A stretch of DNA of 32,000 nucleotides from an uncultured Chloroflexota bacterium (GTDB lineage Bacteria; Chloroflexota; Dehalococcoidia; Lucifugimonadales; UBA826): contig CAJWPE010000010.1 in assembly GCA_913045625.1 (NCBI GenBank), positions 1 to 32,000 on the forward strand. Reading direction: 5' to 3'. The notes beneath the pieces are model-generated. The model searched no databases, was not told the DNA's origin, and saw only the letters and a program-made list of their open reading frames with translations. Each line of letters opens with the position of its first letter. The first letter of the stretch is position 1. This document shows positions 17,489 to 26,021 of this stretch, in pieces. Both the position numbers and the translations under genes were made by a program.

Positions 17489-18391
17489 ATGACCTGGTTT
17501 TTTTATAGCTTAACAACGTCTGTTTTGATATCCGTAATTACTGTATTTAGTAAGGTGATCATCACTAAACATGTGAATACCCCGTTTGTATATATATTTG
17601 CTATAGGTGTAATTCATATACTTCATCATATATTTGTTTTGCCATGGTTAATAGGTGCTGATTATCCATTAGTCCCATCTGTGATTGCATTTTTGAGTGG
17701 GGTTAGCATGGCTGTTTACGTAATGATTCAGTTTGTAGCGATGAAATATTTTGATATGTCTAGATTGGTGCCTGTATTGACTACATATCCTATTTTCGTA
17801 GCTATATTGTCTCAATTGTTTTTGGGTGAAAATATTGCCTTATTTGCATGGATAAGTATTTTAGTTGCTGTTGGTGGGGCTGGATTAGTTTCGTTTGGCC
17901 CATCTGAATCAGGAAAAGGCGCTTTAACTATTCCTTTAACTCTATCTTTATTAGTAGCTAGCTTCTTTTTTGCATTAGCTCAATTTTTAGTGAAGTTTAT
18001 TTCTGAAGATATTGATATATGGCCCCAGTCTTTAATTAGATCATTCGGTGAAATAAGTGTTCTTGGTGTTTTGGTATTTTTACCAAAAGTTAGATCAGGA
18101 TTTGTTGATCTTATAACAACACCGAAATCTCTTTCGTTATATTTGTTTGCAGAAGGTTTTTTAGCTGGAATAACTCTTATATGTTTTTATTCTGCCATTT
18201 ATGCAGCTGATGTTTATTTGGTATCGGCAGTGTTGATTACTCGACCACTATTTGTTTTTGTTTTGGGATTAATTATGAGTTTGCCTTTCTTTAATGTTTT
18301 GTCTGAAGGGACAAGAGGCAAATCTTTGATCTATAGATTGATTGGAACTGTTTTGACTGTTTTAGGTGTAGGTGGAGTTATATTGTTATAA
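17489..18391 (+). CDS. EamA/DMT-superfamily permease (paralog 2)
   Basis: Collinear with paralog 1 (MTWFFYSL.. vs MTWLVFSF..). ATG 17489 is preferred over TTG 17486 because of the paralog alignment and the GAGGA upstream. Confidence 0.8.
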   Translation: MTWFFYSLTTSVLISVITVFSKVIITKHVNTPFVYIFAIGVIHILHHIFVLPWLIGADYPLVPSVIAFLSGVSMAVYVMIQFVAMKYFDMSRLVPVLTTYPIFVAILSQLFLGENIALFAWISILVAVGGAGLVSFGPSESGKGALTIPLTLSLLVASFFFALAQFLVKFISEDIDIWPQSLIRSFGEISVLGVLVFLPKVRSGFVDLITTPKSLSLYLFAEGFLAGITLICFYSAIYAADVYLVSAVLITRPLFVFVLGLIMSLPFFNVLSEGTRGKSLIYRLIGTVLTVLGVGGVILL

Positions 18392-18427
18392 AATGAAGTA
18401 ATAATTTAATTCATGTAACAGGTAAAT

Positions 18428-19855
18428 TTGAAAGAAAAAATTGTAATCAATTGGTTTAGAAATGATTTAAGAATTCAAGATAATTTATCACTATATTATG
18501 CTTCGAAATTATCAAAAACATTGTGCGTGTATATATATGATGATTCATATGAGCCACAATTTTCACCTGGATCAGCAAGTAAGGCTTGGTTATTTAGATC
18601 GTTAAACAAATTAAATGAAACTCTAGATAATAACTTGAAAGTCTTTATAGGAGATGCTGTTAAGGTTTTCGAAAAGCTAACTACCGAGTTTGAAGTGTCA
18701 GATGTGTTTTGTAACAAATCTTACGAACCTCATCAAATAGAAAAAGATCTACAAATCAAAAACTATCTGTCTAAAATCGGAATTAATTTTAATTCTTATA
18801 ATTCTTCACTACTTTGGGATCCTGAAAAAATTTTAAAAAATGATGGTAATCCTTATAAAGTATTTACGCCTTTTTATCGAAAAGGATGCTTGCCTTCTGG
18901 TGATCCTCGACCTCCACTGCCTATCTATTCGCCAAATATTTTTAGAGCTGATGATTTGATTTCACGGTTGAATGCTTTAGAAGACCTGATGGATGAATCT
19001 TGGAATAACAAAAATCAAACATATTGGAAAGTAGGTGAAGAAGAGGCATTCAATCAATTACAAGTTTTTTTACAAAATGGAATTCAAGATTACAAAGATG
19101 GTAGGAATTTTCCTGAAAAACTGAATGTATCGCGTTTATCACCGTATCTGCATTTTGGTGAAATTTCACCAAATCAGATTTGGTATGAAATCAATGATTA
19201 TGACAATGATAAAAATATAGGTCACTTTAAAAGTGAACTAGGATGGAGAGAATTCTCAAATAACTTACTGTATTTTAACCCGGATTTTCCAACTAAAAAC
19301 TTCCAACAAAAATTTGATAATTTCCCATGGGAATTTGATAGTGAAATTTTCAACTCTTGGAAAAATGGTACTACAGGCATACCTATAGTTGATGCTGGAA
19401 TGAGAGAACTTTCTGAAACTGGTTATATGCATAATAGATTAAGAATGATTGTGGGGTCATTTTTAGTTAAGAATCTTTTGATACATTGGAGTTATGGGGC
19501 TAAATGGTTTTGGGAATGTTTATTTGATGCTGATTTAGCAAATAATAGTGCGGGGTGGCAATGGATTGCTGGGAGTGGTGCGGATGCAGCTCCCTATTTC
19601 AGAATCTTTAATCCAATACTTCAAAGTCAAAAATTTGATCCTGACGGTACATATATCAAACGATTTGTTCCTGAATTATCAAACTTACCTGTTGAGTTTT
19701 TGTTTTCACCGTGGGATGTTAATGATTCTGAATTACTGAAATATGATTTCAAAATGGGTGATGACTATCCATTCCCTATTATTGATTTGAAATTTTCTAG
19801 GGAACGTGCTTTAGATTCTTTTCAGAAAATGAATGAAATCAATATAGATTCATGA
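18428..19855 (+). CDS. phr: Deoxyribodipyrimidine (CPD) photolyase, class I type
   Basis: WFRNDLRIQDN N-terminus; FAD-binding C-terminal block TGIPIVDAGMREL..TGYMHNRLRMIVGSFLVK..W..GAKWF...L.DADLANNSAGWQWIAGSGADAAPYFRIFNP. TTG is the only start before the conserved N-terminus. Confidence 0.9.
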   Translation: MKEKIVINWFRNDLRIQDNLSLYYASKLSKTLCVYIYDDSYEPQFSPGSASKAWLFRSLNKLNETLDNNLKVFIGDAVKVFEKLTTEFEVSDVFCNKSYEPHQIEKDLQIKNYLSKIGINFNSYNSSLLWDPEKILKNDGNPYKVFTPFYRKGCLPSGDPRPPLPIYSPNIFRADDLISRLNALEDLMDESWNNKNQTYWKVGEEEAFNQLQVFLQNGIQDYKDGRNFPEKLNVSRLSPYLHFGEISPNQIWYEINDYDNDKNIGHFKSELGWREFSNNLLYFNPDFPTKNFQQKFDNFPWEFDSEIFNSWKNGTTGIPIVDAGMRELSETGYMHNRLRMIVGSFLVKNLLIHWSYGAKWFWECLFDADLANNSAGWQWIAGSGADAAPYFRIFNPILQSQKFDPDGTYIKRFVPELSNLPVEFLFSPWDVNDSELLKYDFKMGDDYPFPIIDLKFSRERALDSFQKMNEINIDS

Positions 19856-19897
19856 AAATAAATTAGTGTAAACTGTCTCTATTTGAGAGGATAATTT

Positions 19898-20647
19898 ATG
19901 GATTTAGAAGCAACAGCGTTAGGGGTTTTAGTTTTAGGTTTATTACTAGGATTGAAGCATGCGACTGATGCAGATCATGTTGTGGCAGTTACAACCATAG
20001 TGAATGAATACAAGAATGCGTTTAAAGGCATTTGGGTAGGCGTTTCTTGGGGACTTGGCCATACCTTACCACTTTTGATTTTGGGTTCAGTGATCTTGTT
20101 GTTTAAAGATCTTGTTATGGACTCATATGAAGAAATTGCTCCTGTTTTTGAGTTTGGAGTAGGAGTAATGTTGGTGTTTTTGGGCGCCCAAGTTTTTTGG
20201 AATTTATATAAGAAAAGATTACATGTTCATCATCATGAACATGATGGTGATCAACATTTGCATATTCATGGAGCCCACGACGAATCAGAAGATTCTTCTA
20301 TAGAAAAATCTCATTCATTGTTTAATCCCGGTAAACCATTTTTTAGATTCAAATCTTTTGTGATTGGTTTAATCCATGGAATGGCTGGGAGTGCTGCAGT
20401 AATGCTTGCTTTGTTAGCTACAATTGATTCGTTTTTTGTAGGATTTGGATACTTGATTTTGTTTGGAGTTGGAACAGTAATCTCTATGGCATTAATTACT
20501 GTGCTGTTAAGTCTTCCTTTTGTGATTTCAAACAAAACTGAAAAGTTCCATTTGGTCGTTAACGCTATTGCTGGGACAATAAGTGCTGTTTTCGGTTTTG
20601 CGCTTATGTCTGATATCGCTCTAGGAACTCAACTGATTCCATTCTAA
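19898..20647 (+). CDS. NicO/NiCoT-like nickel/cobalt transporter with His-rich cytoplasmic loop
   Basis: Signature LKHATDADHVVA (HAxDADH) in TM1-2 and a second GLIHGMAGSAA motif. The central loop HVHHHEHDGDQHLHIHGAH has 9 His in 19 residues (nt 20222-20278). Confidence 0.72.
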   Translation: MDLEATALGVLVLGLLLGLKHATDADHVVAVTTIVNEYKNAFKGIWVGVSWGLGHTLPLLILGSVILLFKDLVMDSYEEIAPVFEFGVGVMLVFLGAQVFWNLYKKRLHVHHHEHDGDQHLHIHGAHDESEDSSIEKSHSLFNPGKPFFRFKSFVIGLIHGMAGSAAVMLALLATIDSFFVGFGYLILFGVGTVISMALITVLLSLPFVISNKTEKFHLVVNAIAGTISAVFGFALMSDIALGTQLIPF

Positions 20648-20707
20648 TAAGCTTTTCTGTTGGAACTTTGAACAAATTATTATATTGCAATAAAAATCAG
20701 TTCCTCA

Positions 20708-21733
20708 TTATTGAATTGTAAGCATATTAGCAGGATTTTTGATCATCATTTTGTTGATTATTCTGTCTTCTATTCCTCTCATTTCCATCCAAGGGACAAT
20801 TCTTTTTAATAAATGATCAAACCCATGTCCACCATATTTTTTTAATCTATGCTTTGTGCATATATCGTGTGCTAATAAAATTTGATCCTCAAAATTATTT
20901 TTTATTAAAAATTCAATCATCTTGATTCTTTCATGATCTCCTGGCATGTAAGTTTCAGGTGCTAGAGGATAATATTGGCTTTCATGTCCCCACAAGTCTA
21001 AATTCAAGTAAACTCCAGTTTCAGCTGTTTCTTTTAAGATGGAATAATCAAATATGGTTCTATCAATATGGCCCATTACGACATGATTTAGATCAGCACC
21101 TAATCGATCAATAAATTCTATTATTTCTAAAGGAGCATATTGATCTCTGCCAGGGTGTATTAGTAAAGGTAATCCTGTAGTTTTATGGGCCAAAACAGAT
21201 GCTTCCATAACTGTTTTTTCATTATCTGTCCAAGGCCACGAGCACCCTATCTCACCTATAATTCCAGATTTCACACTTGTATCATCAGCGCCAATTGTAA
21301 TATCTTTCATAATTGATTCGAATAAAGATTCTATCCCATCAGATGTATAGTTTTTTCTTTGGGCTAATTCAACATAAAACCCTGATCCCATTACAATATT
21401 TATACCGGTTTTAGAACTGATTACCTTAAGTTTTTCAGGATCTCTTCCTAGGCCGATATTAGTTACATCAACTATAGTTTTTCCACCAGAATTTCTATAA
21501 TGATTTAACTCATTGCAGGCATCTTCTAAATCATCATATTTAAGGTTGTCTTTAGATGATGCCCAATTGAATCTAACCCAACCTAAATTATCGATACTGA
21601 TTTTTTCATCCATTTTTGAAATATCTTTTGAATCAATTGGTTCAGTCAAAACTGCATTAAAATCAATAATTATATGATCATGGGTAGTAGTATTCCCTAC
21701 TGTATTAGGTTCAATAGGACCTAATACAGTCAT
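20708..21733 (-). CDS. Phosphotriesterase-homology protein (PHP/PTER-type amidohydrolase; probable lactonase/esterase)
   Basis: Binuclear-metal motifs in order: HDH (TTHDHII), bridging Glu in IIGEIG (PHP subgroup, Glu instead of carbamylated Lys), LLIHPG, VVMGHIDR, LLAHD. The ORF track starts at TTG 21760, overlapping the SDR stop. I prefer ATG 21733 (MTVLGPI..), which lies downstream of AAGGGA. Confidence 0.8.
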   Translation of the reverse strand: MTVLGPIEPNTVGNTTTHDHIIIDFNAVLTEPIDSKDISKMDEKISIDNLGWVRFNWASSKDNLKYDDLEDACNELNHYRNSGGKTIVDVTNIGLGRDPEKLKVISSKTGINIVMGSGFYVELAQRKNYTSDGIESLFESIMKDITIGADDTSVKSGIIGEIGCSWPWTDNEKTVMEASVLAHKTTGLPLLIHPGRDQYAPLEIIEFIDRLGADLNHVVMGHIDRTIFDYSILKETAETGVYLNLDLWGHESQYYPLAPETYMPGDHERIKMIEFLIKNNFEDQILLAHDICTKHRLKKYGGHGFDHLLKRIVPWMEMRGIEDRIINKMMIKNPANMLTIQ

Positions 21734-21752
21734 TACTTTCCCTTGATTTTTT

Positions 21753-22487
21753 TTATTCAAATCTGTTGTATGTAGGGTTGATTAATATTTCATTTATAGT
21801 GACATGAGGTGGTTGTTGCGCCACGTATAAAACTAACTCACCCAAATCATCTGATTGAAGAATTCTTGCCCTATCTTCTTCGCTGACTGCAACTGGACGA
21901 TTGTCTAAGATTGGAGTTGCAACTTCACCCGGACAAATTGATGTGGCTCTAATTCCATTATTTCTTTCTTCTATTATTAAACTTTCAGTCATAGCATTCA
22001 TTCCATGTTTTGCTGAAGTATAAGCAGGGCCAGTTAATTTGCCTGCTCTTTTACCTGCCATGGATGAAATGTTGATTATTAATCCACCACCTTGCATTCT
22101 CATTCCTGGAAGTACTGCTTGGCAACAATAAAATGCACCATTAAGATCGATGTTAATTACACTATCCCAATCTTCAATAGAAACATTGGGCCAGTTTCTG
22201 TTTTTTATATTAATTCCAGCACTAAAAACACCAATGTCAATTCGGCCATATTTTGCAATGATTTCGTTAGCAACATTTTCTACATCATCGTTATTAGATA
22301 CATCTAACGGGTGAATTGAAACATTGCTTGAATTGATTTTTGAAGCTACATCTTCTAGTACTGATTTTCTTCTGCCTGATAATGCAACTTTGCATCCAGC
22401 TTCAGCTAATTTGATAGCTGCTCCTTCTCCAATTCCTGTTCCTGCACCAGTTATCCACACTACTTGTCCATTTAAGTCTTGTAGCAT
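21753..22487 (-). CDS. Short-chain dehydrogenase/reductase (classical SDR)
   Basis: TGAGTGIGEGAA (TGxxxGxG), NNAG-like SAGI, and catalytic YTSAKHG (YxxxK). ATG 22487 is preceded by GGAGG with a 5-nt spacer. The track start at 22514 adds 9 unlikely residues. Confidence 0.85.
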   Translation of the reverse strand: MLQDLNGQVVWITGAGTGIGEGAAIKLAEAGCKVALSGRRKSVLEDVASKINSSNVSIHPLDVSNNDDVENVANEIIAKYGRIDIGVFSAGINIKNRNWPNVSIEDWDSVINIDLNGAFYCCQAVLPGMRMQGGGLIINISSMAGKRAGKLTGPAYTSAKHGMNAMTESLIIEERNNGIRATSICPGEVATPILDNRPVAVSEEDRARILQSDDLGELVLYVAQQPPHVTINEILINPTYNRFE

Positions 22488-22577
22488 ATTTTCCTCCAGT
22501 ATTGTAATTATCAAAATACTGTAAATGACATATGAATCTTTTTCAAATTATGATTCAATACAGCAAAAGGAGCAGTT

Positions 22578-23471
22578 ATGACTAGAATAAATAAATGCAT
22601 AGAATTACTAGAACAAAATCAAGCTATATTTGCTATTCCCGCTATTGAATTAACTTATGAATGCGGATTAGAAATGTCTCAAACATGGGCTGACATGATT
22701 CAGGTAGATTTTGAACATGATCCATTTGATACTGTTGGATTAAGGGAATTTATGAAGGGATTAAAAGATGGAGGGTTAACTCCAAGTGGTCATTTAACTC
22801 CTACGGTTATCACAACTGTTCCTTCAAATTGTAAGACTCCAGATGAAGTTATTTATAACGCATGGCAAATTAGACATGTTTTATCAACGGGTGCTCACGG
22901 GATTTTACATACTCACACTAGACGAGCAGATGCAGTAGCTATGTTTGTTGCAGCTACTAGATATCCTTTTCAGCATTTAGGAAGAGATCATGGTATTCCA
23001 GAAGGATTGAGAGGGCAGGGAGGACAAAAATTTCCTGCAAAATTATGGGATATGGATCCTGTTGAATATATGAGGATAGCTGATCCTTGGCCTTTAAATC
23101 CTAAAGGAGAATTGATGCTCGGTCTGAAAATAGAAGATAGGTATTGTTTAGTGGATGCAGACAATATTGCCGCTGTTTCAGGGATTTCATTTGCTGAATG
23201 GGGTCCAGGTGATATGGGAATGTCATTTGGTCATTTAGATCAACACGATCCTCCTTATTCTGACGAAATGAATGATGCTAGAGAAATCGTAAAAAATGCT
23301 ATTGATAAATCCGGGTTAGCATTTTTGTGTGGTTGGAAAGACTCAAGTATGAATGAAGAACAGCAAACTAGATTTTGTTTGGATGAATTAGGAGCTAGAG
23401 TCCTTCACGTATCTGATTCTAATCTTGCTAATGAAATTCGAATCGAAATGGGTCGAGAAATGCCTTGGTAA
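22578..23471 (+). CDS. HpcH/HpaI-family aldolase (2-keto-3-deoxy-acid aldolase type)
   Basis: Family pattern ADMIQVDFEHDPFD (D-x-EH), ...LSTGAHGIL.TH......A...V.ATRYPF...G.RG. SD AAGGAG upstream of ATG 22578. Confidence 0.72.
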   Translation: MTRINKCIELLEQNQAIFAIPAIELTYECGLEMSQTWADMIQVDFEHDPFDTVGLREFMKGLKDGGLTPSGHLTPTVITTVPSNCKTPDEVIYNAWQIRHVLSTGAHGILHTHTRRADAVAMFVAATRYPFQHLGRDHGIPEGLRGQGGQKFPAKLWDMDPVEYMRIADPWPLNPKGELMLGLKIEDRYCLVDADNIAAVSGISFAEWGPGDMGMSFGHLDQHDPPYSDEMNDAREIVKNAIDKSGLAFLCGWKDSSMNEEQQTRFCLDELGARVLHVSDSNLANEIRIEMGREMPW

Positions 23472-23506
23472 TTGTTCTAGTGTAATATTAATAAAAGAGA
23501 GTTTTT

Positions 23507-24022
23507 ATGAAATCCGCACTTGAATATTTAGGTAAAAGTTTGACTAATAGTTTGTCTTATTCTTCTGAAGTTCTATTTGAAGTTGGAGAAACTAAAAGCA
23601 TGAGTAGTTTTGAGTTAGAAATGACTTCGTGGGCAATGGCTTTTTATGTTTTTTCTGAAATCGAATTATCACTCCCAATTTTAACTAAAAATGATTTAGA
23701 TGAAGACTTTTTGTTAAAAGTGAGTGAGTTTAATAACGAACAATTGATGGAAGTCACTCAATCTGTTTTTGATACGGTTAATGAAGAAGTCAGCCAAGGC
23801 GTTTTAATTCCCAGAGTCAGAGGCCATATATTGAGAACCGTTTCTTTATTGAACTTGAAACTTCAAAATCATTTAGATTTTGTTGAGAAATTTAGAGCTT
23901 CTCCAGAATCAGAAAATTCTATTCAAGATTATTTTAAAAATGAATCTGAAGAATTTAAAGAATGGATGATTAGATTCTTGGAAGAAGAAGATCAAAAAGA
24001 TTTGATGAATCAATTAGTTTAA
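23507..24022 (+). CDS. Hypothetical acidic protein (171 aa), no family recognised
   Basis: ORF with an AAGAGAG SD-like site, 35 nt after the aldolase stop and 9 nt before the next gene, so it appears operonic. Glu/Asp-rich and helical-looking. Confidence 0.65.
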   Translation: MKSALEYLGKSLTNSLSYSSEVLFEVGETKSMSSFELEMTSWAMAFYVFSEIELSLPILTKNDLDEDFLLKVSEFNNEQLMEVTQSVFDTVNEEVSQGVLIPRVRGHILRTVSLLNLKLQNHLDFVEKFRASPESENSIQDYFKNESEEFKEWMIRFLEEEDQKDLMNQLV

Positions 24023-24031
24023 AGAGGTAAC

Positions 24032-24751
24032 ATGACTCTCATTACAGACAAAATTCAACAATTAGAAACCCCAATTGACGTTATGTTTTTGATGCATAAA
24101 GTGTTCTTGACTCAATCTGAAAAAGCTTCTGAATTAGCAAAAAATGCTATAGAAACAAATGACTTGAAAGAGTTTAAGTCTGTTTTAGACAACTGGCTAA
24201 AATTACTTTTGTATCACTATCAAACTGAAGATGAATTCATGACAGGTCCATTAAAAGAAAAAGAATACCATGATGGTCGTTTGGGTTTGAGAGACAATGT
24301 TGCAGAACATGATGAGATTAGGTCAAAAGGAGATATAGTTTTAAACGATTATCAAAAGACATTGAATCCAAAGAATATGACAGTTCAAGAAATATTAGAA
24401 ATGGATGATTTAGAGCACTTAAAAGTAATGGATAAAATTTCAGCAGTCCAAAATTCTATAGTTGATGCTTTTGGAGCAGAAAAATTAAAAGCACGTTCTT
24501 TGAGAGGTTTATATCAAAGTGTTTTAGAGTTGAAAGTTGTTGAATTTGATCACTTTGAAAACGAAGAAGCATTTGTTCTTACGCTCGTTAGAGAGCAAAT
24601 GACCTATGAGCAACAGCTTCAATTGACAGAAAAATTATTGTTTGATTCTACTGACCAGAATGAAAACTGGATAGTGGATTTTTTGTTTTCAGTTTTAGAT
24701 GATGATGAAAGCAGGTTACTTGAAGAATTGATATCCGAAATTAAAGGATAG
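24032..24751 (+). CDS. Hemerythrin HHE cation-binding domain protein
   Basis: Di-iron ligand pattern in order: LMHKVF (H), YHYQTEDEF (H-x3-E), AEHDEI (H), DHFENEEAF (H-x3-E), followed by the typical ..ls.eEq..L tail (MTYEQQLQL). Confidence 0.7.
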   Translation: MTLITDKIQQLETPIDVMFLMHKVFLTQSEKASELAKNAIETNDLKEFKSVLDNWLKLLLYHYQTEDEFMTGPLKEKEYHDGRLGLRDNVAEHDEIRSKGDIVLNDYQKTLNPKNMTVQEILEMDDLEHLKVMDKISAVQNSIVDAFGAEKLKARSLRGLYQSVLELKVVEFDHFENEEAFVLTLVREQMTYEQQLQLTEKLLFDSTDQNENWIVDFLFSVLDDDESRLLEELISEIKG

Positions 24752-24753
24752 CT

Positions 24754-25956
24754 CTACCACAAATCATTTCCCCATGGTGCTCTGTCTGTCGAAAACATTA
24801 AGTTTGCTTGAGAGATTACATTATGTGAAATTTCTTCTACCCTACCAGCTTTTTGTAACACTGAAAAATTAATTCCACCTAAATAAGTTGCTCCTAAGTC
24901 TCGAACATTTAGAATGATGTCGGGATCTTCGGTGGTTTTTATACACTCGCTTTCTCCATTTTCACTAGAAATTGAATATGTATTGTTATTCCAATCTAGA
25001 AAATCATCTACAACTTTAATGTTAATAGAGCCATCAATCCCGTATTTTCTGTTTGTAAGCGCTTCTTGAACATTTACTAAGCGAACCCAATTTTGATCTT
25101 TTGATTTTGCATTTAGTCTTCTGGGGTCTGCTAATATCCATTTAAGATCTTCATCAGTTGGTCGTTGGTAAGCTTTGATATTTTTGGTCAAATCCATTTG
25201 TAGACAAAATTGCCAAAGAGATTTGTAGGATTCTAAGTTTGTAGACATTAATTCTATGACATGTAGAGTTGAATCATCTATTCTGAATCTGACATACCCA
25301 AGTAATTCTGTATCTTTTGTATATTTAACATTCCAAATACCTGTTTCTATCCGATTGTCCCATGAAGGCAAATCAAAACGTGCCTCCCACCATTCTTGAG
25401 TTCTTTCGATCATCCCATTTCTGCCTAAAATTGCACGAGAATATATTTTAGGGAAAATATTTTTAGCTTCATTTCTTTCTATAAATGAAAGTTGGCCTGA
25501 TGGTTCAAAAGGTTCAGCAAATTTAGAGTGACTCCTTTCAATTTCTAATGTGTCATTAAAAGATGCCATTCCATATCCATATCTTCCATAAATTATGCTT
25601 TCAGTTGCTTGTAGCACTGCTAGGGGTTCTTCTCGTTCGTGGATGTTTTCTAATTGGAATTTCATCATTTTACGATTAAGACCTTTACGTCGGTGAGTTG
25701 CTTGAACAGAAACTGAAGCTACTGCTGCTATTTTTGAAGTAGCACCTGGTATATTCATCACCATCGGGTAACTCAATGCATTTCCTACTACTTGGTCTCC
25801 ATCCATAGCCATAATGTTTCTATCTGGGGGGAAAATATTTTTATGGGCAATATAAATAGGATCATCAACAGTGACAAAAGTATTTAGTCCTCTAGAGCTA
25901 ATAGTTTTTACGTATGGGAAGTCATCCCAAGTACTGTATTTTAATTCGATAGTCAT
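24754..25956 (-). CDS. Eis-like GNAT N-acetyltransferase (GNAT + SCP2-like C-terminal domain)
   Basis: 400 aa with VSVQATHRRKGL (acetyl-CoA site), YGRYGYG, and overall Eis/COG4552-like length and order. Stop is 2 nt from the convergent hemerythrin gene stop. Confidence 0.82.
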   Translation of the reverse strand: MTIELKYSTWDDFPYVKTISSRGLNTFVTVDDPIYIAHKNIFPPDRNIMAMDGDQVVGNALSYPMVMNIPGATSKIAAVASVSVQATHRRKGLNRKMMKFQLENIHEREEPLAVLQATESIIYGRYGYGMASFNDTLEIERSHSKFAEPFEPSGQLSFIERNEAKNIFPKIYSRAILGRNGMIERTQEWWEARFDLPSWDNRIETGIWNVKYTKDTELLGYVRFRIDDSTLHVIELMSTNLESYKSLWQFCLQMDLTKNIKAYQRPTDEDLKWILADPRRLNAKSKDQNWVRLVNVQEALTNRKYGIDGSINIKVVDDFLDWNNNTYSISSENGESECIKTTEDPDIILNVRDLGATYLGGINFSVLQKAGRVEEISHNVISQANLMFSTDRAPWGNDLW

Positions 25957-26021
25957 ATACGATCCTTGTTTATTTCACAAACAAAATTACTTGATTATGA
26001 TATCTCAAATTGGAAACATTT

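Noticed and set aside
20648-20707. ggaact...agttcc inverted repeat between the convergent NicO and PHP genes, considered as a bidirectional terminator
   Set aside because: It is only a 6-bp stem with a ~31-nt AT-rich loop and no flanking U/A tracts, too weak to call.
2827-26021. Upstream alternative starts given by the ORF track (GTG 2827, TTG 11388, TTG 17486, TTG 21760, ATG 22514, TTG 26010)
   Set aside because: In each case a downstream ATG has a better-placed SD and/or matches the N-terminus of a paralog or known family member. The longer forms run into the riboswitch platform or the preceding gene.
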